A DNA stretch of 51,760 nt from Thermodesulfobacteriota bacterium (GTDB taxonomy: Bacteria; Desulfobacterota; WTBG01; JAGOGO01): assembly GCA_035256645.1 (NCBI GenBank), contig DATEXU010000170.1, forward strand, positions 1 through 51,760, in the 5' to 3' direction. The translations under genes were made by a program, and so were the position numbers. Below are positions 46,054 through 51,760 of the stretch, piece after piece. Each line of letters starts with the position of its first letter. Positions within the stretch are counted from its first letter, which is position 1. The notes under the pieces are model-generated. The model worked only from the letters and a program-made list of their open reading frames with translations, did no database searches and had not been told where the DNA came from.

Positions 46054-46333
46054 TGAGTTCGACGAGCCCCTCCTTTTTAAAATTAGCAATCAAGGCAAAA
46101 ACATCTTTTGATGCCTCATCTTTGGTGACATCAAAGCTCTCGGTGAGCAATTCAACAAGCTGGTTAACAGCGATTTTTCCATCCAACAAAGACCAAATAA
46201 ATGTGCCGGTTTTATTGAGGGTATAATAGCTTCCATTTTCAAGGTTTAACAGCACGCTTTTTGATTCAATTTCCTTATGGACTACCTCTTTGCCTTTAGC
46301 GGGGTACTTTTCCGAAAGGTCTTTAGTGTTCAT
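46037..46333 (-). CDS. PqqD-family RiPP recognition element protein (lasso B1-like)
   Basis: 98 aa. VLLNLENGSYYTLNKTGTFIWSLLDGKIAVNQLVELLTESFDV..DEASKDVFALIANFKKEGLV is the PqqD wing-helix pattern. The RBS is AAGGAGG. Confidence 0.8.
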   Translation of the reverse strand: MNTKDLSEKYPAKGKEVVHKEIESKSVLLNLENGSYYTLNKTGTFIWSLLDGKIAVNQLVELLTESFDVTKDEASKDVFALIANFKKEGLVELNDKSE

Positions 46334-46386
46334 TGAGAGCCTCCTTGAAAAAAATCACAATATAAAAAGCTTATAATAGTATTGTT

Positions 46387-47235
46387 TCACCCGGTTACCA
46401 CGACATAATCTTCTTCGCTCTGCGCGCCAAGCCCCAGTTTTTTTGCGAAGGCGATCTGGGGAAGTTCCCAGATGGGCATATCGAGCCGGTTCTTTGCTTT
46501 GAACGACATGAGTATTTTAAGGGCCTCAACGTCCAGGGCAACGAGGTCGGAGGAGGCAAAAATAAGATGTGCTTTTTTTCTCCTTCCTCTTGCCGGCCCG
46601 CCCGTCACCAGACATTTTCTTGCGTCAAGGATAATAAGATCGGGTTTGATGGCGAGATTTATCTCTACCACTTTTTCTTCAAGGCGTTCATCGTGGAGCA
46701 TTCTTCTTGAAAAAGGCTCGGTAAGGCCTACAGCAAACTTAAGGCCCATGCTAAAGCGGGCAAAAGCGTGCGTCTTTAGATTAGAAAGATAAATGATTTT
46801 GTCTGAATCTAAGGCAGCCTTGGCAAGCAAGACAGCCTTAAGGTGGACACCATTGATGGGAACACTTACCCATTCCCCCTCATCAAAGTTGATGAGCTTG
46901 ATCGCAAGTTCTTCTGCCAGCTTAAACACTTTCTTTTTTTTTAATACTTTTTCGGTAGGTTGCCAGGCTAATCCACTGCTTGCTCCGAGAGCGATCTCCG
47001 TGACGCCGGACTCCTGAAGGAGGGTTACTACAGCCCTAATAAATTCAGGATCAGAGGAAGCGGGGTACCGGTCAGGGCTGTTGAAGTTTGCTTTTATGAG
47101 TACTTTATCGTCAGGGGAAACGAACTTGGGAAAACCCCCTATCAATGCTACAGCCTTGTCTACTGCGGCTTTAAGGTCTCCTTTTGCGGCAACCTTGCTT
47201 ACCAGTATTTTTGATTTATTGTTATTAGAAAGCAT
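46387..47235 (-). CDS. DUF362 domain-containing protein
   Basis: 282 aa. DKVLIKANFNSP, SNLKTHAFARFSMGLK, IILDARKCLVTGGP..G and ASSDLVALDVEA follow the DUF362 pattern. Confidence 0.7.
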   Translation of the reverse strand: MLSNNNKSKILVSKVAAKGDLKAAVDKAVALIGGFPKFVSPDDKVLIKANFNSPDRYPASSDPEFIRAVVTLLQESGVTEIALGASSGLAWQPTEKVLKKKKVFKLAEELAIKLINFDEGEWVSVPINGVHLKAVLLAKAALDSDKIIYLSNLKTHAFARFSMGLKFAVGLTEPFSRRMLHDERLEEKVVEINLAIKPDLIILDARKCLVTGGPARGRRKKAHLIFASSDLVALDVEALKILMSFKAKNRLDMPIWELPQIAFAKKLGLGAQSEEDYVVVTG

Positions 47236-47248
47236 GCAGCCATTTTTT

Positions 47249-47353
47249 ATACCAAGTCGCCTTCATGTGCATATCTTTGTTGTCTCCTCGTCATACTCCT
47301 CGACGTCGATTCCTCGTCCCTGACTCGATCTGCTTTTGAATGCAACCTGGTAT
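47249..47353 (+). repeat. 105-nt interspersed TIR repeat, copy C
   Basis: ATACCAAGTCGCCTTCAtgtgcatatctttgttgtctcctcgtcatactcctcgacgtcgattcctcgtccctgactcgatctgcttTTGAATGCAACCTGGTAT. It begins 14 nt upstream of the DUF362 start codon. Confidence 0.9.
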
Positions 47354-47475
47354 TAGAAGTGACATTATAATAAAAACACCTTATCAAAGTTCAAAAAATT
47401 TTTAAAAGGAATTTATAGTGAACGACATAAATAAAAAAGCATCCTTTTTGCCATGCCGTGATCCCCGCCATTGTC

Positions 47476-47570
47476 ATTCCGTGCTTGACACGGAATCTAT
47501 GGGCAGGCAAGATGCAACTCAGTTTCATCACTTCATGGCCACCCTTCTGGATTCCGGCTTTCGCCGGAAT
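47476..47570. repeat. hairpin repeats of the GTCATTCC...GGAATGAC type
   Basis: gtcATTCCGTGcttgaCACGGAATc (47473-47497) and ggATTCCGGCtttcGCCGGAATgac (47549-47573). Confidence 0.75.
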
Positions 47571-47634
47571 GACGTCGGAGAACCGGGGTGGAATGAGAGC
47601 AGTATCTTCTTTGTCAACTTATTTATGTCGTTCA

Positions 47635-47979
47635 CTATAGTTGTCGTTCAATATTTTTAATAAAGGATTTCATTTCGTTCATGCTGATGCCCTTGCAAAG
47701 AATGAGCTTACGGCGAGAGGTTTTCATCTTCAGGATTTCAATGTTGGATTTTCTTATCCGGAGAGCTTGAGATAAAAGCTCGATCAAGGCCTCGTTAGCC
47801 GCACCTTCTACAGGCGGTGCAGTTACTTTAACCTTGAGAGCTCCTTCGCTAAACCCGACAACCTCGTTTTTTTTAGACCTTGGCCGGACAATTACCGGAA
47901 AGGTGACGCCGCTCTCATGGGCTCGGATTTTGAGGGAGATGGTTTTTGGAGCTTCACACCAAGTCGCCTTCATGTGCAT
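47635..47979 (-). CDS. yggU: DUF167 (YggU) family protein; start codon lies inside a repeat element
   Basis: ISLKIRA....FPVIVRPRSKKNEVVGFSEGALKVKVTAPPVEGAANEALIELLSQAL matches the YggU pattern (...v.V.P.a.k..i.g.....lkv.v.apP.dG.AN..l...L...). The only in-frame ATGs (47979, 47973) fall within repeat copy D. Confidence 0.75.
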   Translation of the reverse strand: MHMKATWCEAPKTISLKIRAHESGVTFPVIVRPRSKKNEVVGFSEGALKVKVTAPPVEGAANEALIELLSQALRIRKSNIEILKMKTSRRKLILCKGISMNEMKSFIKNIERQL

Positions 47980-48060
47980 ATCTTTGTTGTCTCCTCGTCA
48001 TACTCCTCGACGTCGATTCCTCGTCCCTGACTCGATCTGCTTTTGAATGCAACGTGGTAT
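47956..48060 (+). repeat. 105-nt interspersed TIR repeat, copy D
   Basis: ACACCAAGTCGCCTTCA...TTGAATGCAACGTGGTAT has an interior identical to copy C. It fills the entire divIVA-yggU gap. Confidence 0.9.
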
Positions 48061-48581
48061 CAGGATTCGCTCGGAGGTTTTTCTTCTGGTTCACGGACTT
48101 CTTTTTCGGAAGGTGATTCGAGGAGTCTTAAGTGGGTTTCTAAGAGAAATCGTAGTTCCTGCTTTAATATTATTTTTTTTCTTTTTAATTCATTGACTTC
48201 TTCCTGGATTTTGACTAACCGGCTGTTGGTTCCCGCGATCATTTTTTCTGCTTGTTCTCGGGCATGGGCAAGAATAAAGGTTGCTTCTTTCTCGGTATTT
48301 GTTTTTAATTCTTCGATAGCTTTTTGAGCATTTTTTTTCATTTCCTCGGACGTAGCCTGAGCCATAAGCAAGGTCTCTTTCAGGGTCTTTTCCATGTTGT
48401 GGTATTCCCCGATGCGCGCTTCTTTTCTTTCCAGCTCTTCTCTCAGTTCCTTGTTTATTTTTACCAGGTCTTCCAGTTCACTGGCTACGGTTTCTAAAAA
48501 AGAGTCAACCTCATTGGTGTCGAACCCTCGGAACCGAACGGAGAACTGTTGTTGTTGAATATCAAGAGGTGTTAGTTTCAT
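48060..48581 (-). CDS. divIVA: DivIVA domain-containing protein
   Basis: MKLTPLDIQQQQFSVRFRGFDTNEVDSFLETVASELEDL followed by a coiled coil. Confidence 0.9.
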   Translation of the reverse strand: MKLTPLDIQQQQFSVRFRGFDTNEVDSFLETVASELEDLVKINKELREELERKEARIGEYHNMEKTLKETLLMAQATSEEMKKNAQKAIEELKTNTEKEATFILAHAREQAEKMIAGTNSRLVKIQEEVNELKRKKIILKQELRFLLETHLRLLESPSEKEVREPEEKPPSES

Positions 48582-48606
48582 CGTGCGTTACTCCCTTACT
48601 GACGGG

Positions 48607-48912
48607 TTAATGGAGTCTATGGGCTAATTCAAAAAGGCTTTTCACTAAAAACTTTTGTAAAAAGATAATCCCCAGGAGAAGAATGAGCGGAGAAAAGTCT
48701 ATCCCGGTTCGACTAAGCGCAAAGGGGAGTCTTCTTCGGATGGGATTTAAAACCGGATCGGTTGAGCGCCGGAGAAAAACCACGATCGGATTGTAAGGGT
48801 CGGGGTTTACCCAGGAAATAATGGCTCGGGCAACCACTATCCACATATAGATGGTTAATCCGATATCAACCACATTGGCTAATGCTTCAAAAAAGTAAGC
48901 AAGGAAGACCAT
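48607..48912 (-). CDS. yggT: YggT family membrane protein
   Basis: 101 aa. Y.W.V.ARAI.SWV.PD..NP......T.P.L.P.RR..P...GIDFSP. Confidence 0.85.
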   Translation of the reverse strand: MVFLAYFFEALANVVDIGLTIYMWIVVARAIISWVNPDPYNPIVVFLRRSTDPVLNPIRRRLPFALSRTGIDFSPLILLLGIIFLQKFLVKSLFELAHRLH

Positions 48913-48914
48913 GG

Positions 48915-49700
48915 TTAATCAGCTTCTCCTTTTTCTCCTAAATTTTTCTCGTAAATCAACCGAAGGCCCGTAAGAGTAAGGAGAGGGTCAACCTCCTCAA
49001 TGGTTTTGGATCCTTCAGCAATTAAAGGAGCTAATCCACCGGTAGCAATGACGCGGGGATCGGTTTTTACTTCTTGTTTTATTTTTTCTACGATGCCATC
49101 AACCATGGCGATATAACCGAACACAATTCCAGACTGGAGGCTGGCAATAGTGTTTTTGCCGATCACGGATTCCGGCCTTATCAGCTCAATGCGAGGAAGT
49201 TTTGATGCCCTCATAAAAAGAGCTTCGCTCGAAATGACGATTCCCGGCGCAATCGCGCCCCCCATATACTCCCCCCGGGGAGACACATAGTCAAAGGTGG
49301 TCGCGGTTCCAAAATCAACGACGACCAGACTATGTTTATATTTATCATAAGCCGCGATAGCATTAACAATCCGATCAGCTCCGACTTCATGAGGGTTGTC
49401 ATACCGAATGGGCATTCCCGTTTTTACCCCGGGACCAACAAAAAAAGGGGTAATATGAAAGTACTTTTGGCAAAGGCCCTCGATCGTGCTCACCATCGGG
49501 GGGACAACACTGGAGACAATCACCCCTTTGGTTTTAGCCATATCGATCTTGGCGGCTCGGTATAAATTTTCGATCAGGATTCCATACTCATCTTCGGTCT
49601 TGTCTTTGTGGGTTACGATCCGCCAGTGATTGACCAGCTTTTTATCTTCGAAAACCCCGAAGACGATGTTGGTATTACCAATGTCAATGGTAAGGAGCAT
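48915..49700 (-). CDS. coaX: type III pantothenate kinase
   Basis: [17 protein letters not shown]..., [13 protein letters not shown]......L...T..LP. Confidence 0.93.
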   Translation of the reverse strand: MLLTIDIGNTNIVFGVFEDKKLVNHWRIVTHKDKTEDEYGILIENLYRAAKIDMAKTKGVIVSSVVPPMVSTIEGLCQKYFHITPFFVGPGVKTGMPIRYDNPHEVGADRIVNAIAAYDKYKHSLVVVDFGTATTFDYVSPRGEYMGGAIAPGIVISSEALFMRASKLPRIELIRPESVIGKNTIASLQSGIVFGYIAMVDGIVEKIKQEVKTDPRVIATGGLAPLIAEGSKTIEEVDPLLTLTGLRLIYEKNLGEKGEAD

Positions 49701-50539
49701 TATTTCTTTTTTCCCTCCAGTTCCATACTGATATCTACTGCCCGGAAAGCGCTGGTTAAGGCCCCGACGGAAATAACGTCAATCCCGGTTTTTGCCACGG
49801 ATGCGACGTTTGCCAAGGTTATGCCTCCGGAAGCTTCCACGAGGGCACGGCCTTTGATTTTTTTGACCGCGCGCTTCACAGCTTCTAAAGACATATTGTC
49901 CAGCATAATAATATCCGCTTTTGCCTTAAGGGCTTCGTCAACTTGTTCGAGGGTATTGACTTCCACTTCAATTTTAAGCGTCACCGGGGCTTTGGAGCGG
50001 GCAAGCGCTATGGCCCGGGTAATGTTTCCCACCGCTTGAATATGGTTATCTTTTATGAGCACCCCATCAAAAAGTCCAAACCGGTGGTTAAAGCCACCAC
50101 CAACTCGCACTGCTTCTTTCTCGAGCACGCGCCACCCGGGCGTGGTTTTTCGGGTATCTAAGATTTTTATCGGATACCCTTTTACTTTTTTTACCACCAT
50201 GCGCGTAAACGTGGCAATACCCGAAAGCCGCTGAAGAAAATTTAAGGCGGTCCTTTCCCCGCTGAGCAAAACCCAAAGAGGACCTTCAACCTCAGCAATG
50301 ATATTCCCGGTTTTTACTTCTTCTCCATCTTTAAAAAAAGACGTTACGCTGATTTCTTCATCTAAACGAAAAAAAACCCGGGAAAAGACACTCAATCCTG
50401 CCAGCAGAAAATCTTCTTTGGCCAATATTGTGGCAGACCCACGGTCTTTTTCCTTGATCAAACTTTTGGTGGTTATATCGTGCGGACCAATATCTTCTCT
50501 TAAGGCCAAATCAATGAGGGCTTCAACTGCTTCGATCAT
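49700..50539 (-). CDS. nadC: nicotinate-nucleotide pyrophosphorylase (carboxylating)
   Basis: 279 aa. [53 protein letters not shown]. Confidence 0.93.
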   Translation of the reverse strand: MIEAVEALIDLALREDIGPHDITTKSLIKEKDRGSATILAKEDFLLAGLSVFSRVFFRLDEEISVTSFFKDGEEVKTGNIIAEVEGPLWVLLSGERTALNFLQRLSGIATFTRMVVKKVKGYPIKILDTRKTTPGWRVLEKEAVRVGGGFNHRFGLFDGVLIKDNHIQAVGNITRAIALARSKAPVTLKIEVEVNTLEQVDEALKAKADIIMLDNMSLEAVKRAVKKIKGRALVEASGGITLANVASVAKTGIDVISVGALTSAFRAVDISMELEGKKK

Positions 50540-51760
50540 TGCCCGGCACTCCTCATTTTTTGGAGACGCGCGATGCTTTCATCCAATTTTTTCTTTTTTC
50601 CCAATAAGACCTGATGCGTTTCTTTCTCCTTCTCCACTACTTCCCTGGGGGCTTTGCTGAGGAAATCTTCATTGGTCAACTTTTTCTGGACAAAAGCCAA
50701 TTCCTTCTCTACTTTGAAAATTTCTTTTTTAAGTCTTTTTTCCTCTTCGCCAAAATCAATCAGCCCCTCTAAAGGAATAAAAATTTCTACGCCCTTAACG
50801 ATCGCAACGGCAGCAGCATGAGGCTTTTTCCTCGAGGTTGAGAATGTCAGGTTCTTTAAAAGCGCTAAGGATATTAAATAATTCTGATAATTTTCTAAAA
50901 GCCGTGTAGTTTTATCATCTTCGCAAAAAAGGACAGCTTCAATTTTTTGTGATGGAGGAATATGCATTTCTCCCCGGATATTACGGATATGATACACTAC
51001 CTCTTTAATAATTTCCAGCTCTTCTTCTGCCGGGAGGTTAATCAGCGAATCATTCTTCGTGGGAAGGGGAGAAATCATGATACTTCCTTTATTCCCCGGA
51101 AGTTTCTGCCAGATTTCCTCAGTGATGAAAGGCATAAAGGGATGAAGAAGTTTTAATATAATATTAAGAACTTCCAAAATGACTTTTTGACTGGTTTTAC
51201 GCGAAAAGCTTTCGTCGTTGTTTTTTGACAGCTCCTGTTTGCTGAATTCTACATACCAATCACAGAACTCGTGCCAAATAAATTGGTAAAGGGAACTGGC
51301 TGCTTCATTAAATTTATACTCGCCAAGGGCATCCCTTACATTTTGAATCAGCTGGTTTGCGCGGCTTAAAATCCACTTATCCGCTAAGGAATAATAAGAA
51401 TCAAAATTTTCATCGGGAGAATAATCTTTAAGGTTTAAAAGCACAAACCGGGCAACGTTCCAGATCTTATTGGCAAAGTGCCGGTATCCTTCAATGGTAT
51501 CCTCAGCCAGCCGGATGTCTCTTCCTTGGGAGGCCAAGGCAGCTAAAGTAAACCGGAAGGCATCGGTCCCGTATTTTTCAATCATCACCAAGGGATCAAT
51601 GACATTCCCAAGGGATTTACTCATTTTCTGACCTTTTGCATCCCTCACCAAGGCATGGATATACACGTCCCGGAAAGGAACCTCGCCCATAAACTTTATT
51701 CCCATCATCATCATTCTGGCGACCCAGAAAAAGAGGATATCAAATCCGGTGACCAGGGCT
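50536..51760 (-). CDS. valS: valyl-tRNA synthetase, C-terminal part (5' end outside window)
   Basis: The frame is open to the window edge. KMSKSLGNVIDP motif, an anticodon-binding domain and a C-terminal coiled coil (EKELAFVQKKLTNEDFLSKAP). Confidence 0.93.
   Translation of the reverse strand, partial: ALVTGFDILFFWVARMMMMGIKFMGEVPFRDVYIHALVRDAKGQKMSKSLGNVIDPLVMIEKYGTDAFRFTLAALASQGRDIRLAEDTIEGYRHFANKIWNVARFVLLNLKDYSPDENFDSYYSLADKWILSRANQLIQNVRDALGEYKFNEAASSLYQFIWHEFCDWYVEFSKQELSKNNDESFSRKTSQKVILEVLNIILKLLHPFMPFITEEIWQKLPGNKGSIMISPLPTKNDSLINLPAEEELEIIKEVVYHIRNIRGEMHIPPSQKIEAVLFCEDDKTTRLLENYQNYLISLALLKNLTFSTSRKKPHAAAVAIVKGVEIFIPLEGLIDFGEEEKRLKKEIFKVEKELAFVQKKLTNEDFLSKAPREVVEKEKETHQVLLGKKKKLDESIARLQKMRSAGQ

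Noticed and set aside
41951-47235. A canonical lasso peptide biosynthetic cluster.
   Set aside because: There is no Asn-synthetase-like cyclase in the window, and the predicted cores are only 5-8 aa. QueC (34713-35411) has a PP-loop SGGMDS like the cyclase C-domain. But it is a 235-aa bona fide QueC next to queE, 10 kb away.
47418-47660. Plus-strand ORFs 47418..47660 and 47458..47640, and also 41828..42010.
   Set aside because: They run through GTCATTCC...GGAATGAC hairpin repeats. Their products (VIPCLTRNL and FAGMTS-type strings) are the usual translation artefacts of such repeats.

Overview
About 51.8 kb of a Gram-negative-type, probably uncultivated, bacterial chromosome. Most of it is conserved housekeeping genes. 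Left to right:

- **1-4.5 kb:** a partial outer-membrane barrel gene, a decayed IS200-like tnpA, a GNAT gene and comEC.
- **4.5-20.5 kb (minus strand):** efp, an M24 peptidase, and a complete F1Fo ATP synthase operon (atpI, an atpZ-like ORF, then atpB-E-F'-F-H-A-G-D-C). An orphan dnaN abuts atpI. The mreB-mreC-mreD-mrdA-rodA operon follows.
- **20.6-24.1 kb:** ppiD, tmk and an archaeal-type aroA' (ADH synthase).
- **24.3-28.8 kb (accessory):** three paralogous LTxxQ (Spy/CpxP/ZraP-like) periplasmic proteins around an ECF sigma/anti-sigma pair.
- **28.8-37.7 kb:** tRNA-Glu, tRNA-Lys, purA, serA, a class-V aminotransferase, queE-queC, a DsrC/TusE-like gene, an aspartate-less receiver protein, a lysine-rich small protein and a cytidylate-kinase-like gene.
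- **37.9-47.3 kb (accessory):** described below.
- **47.6-51.8 kb:** yggU (DUF167), divIVA, yggT, coaX, nadC and the 3' part of valS.

The most interesting signal is a RiPP-like locus on the minus strand at 41.9-47.2 kb. It encodes a DUF362 protein, a PqqD-type RRE and a lasso-B2-type transglutaminase-like peptidase. These are followed by seven tandem unannotated small ORFs (32-37 aa), then an HprK-like kinase and an NTP_transf_5 nucleotidyltransferase. The small ORFs carry the lasso leader signature YxxPxLx3Gx5Tx followed by hypervariable tails of only 5-8 residues. No lasso cyclase is present anywhere in the window.

A convergent operon at 37.9-41.7 kb encodes two ATP-grasp-like proteins and a B12-binding radical SAM enzyme.

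Two interspersed repeat families are present. One is a 105-nt element with terminal inverted repeats, in 4 copies that all sit at gene boundaries. The other is a set of GTCA...TGAC hairpin repeats that cluster around the accessory regions.

All calls rest on reading and translating the sequence and on remembered family motifs. No database search was run.
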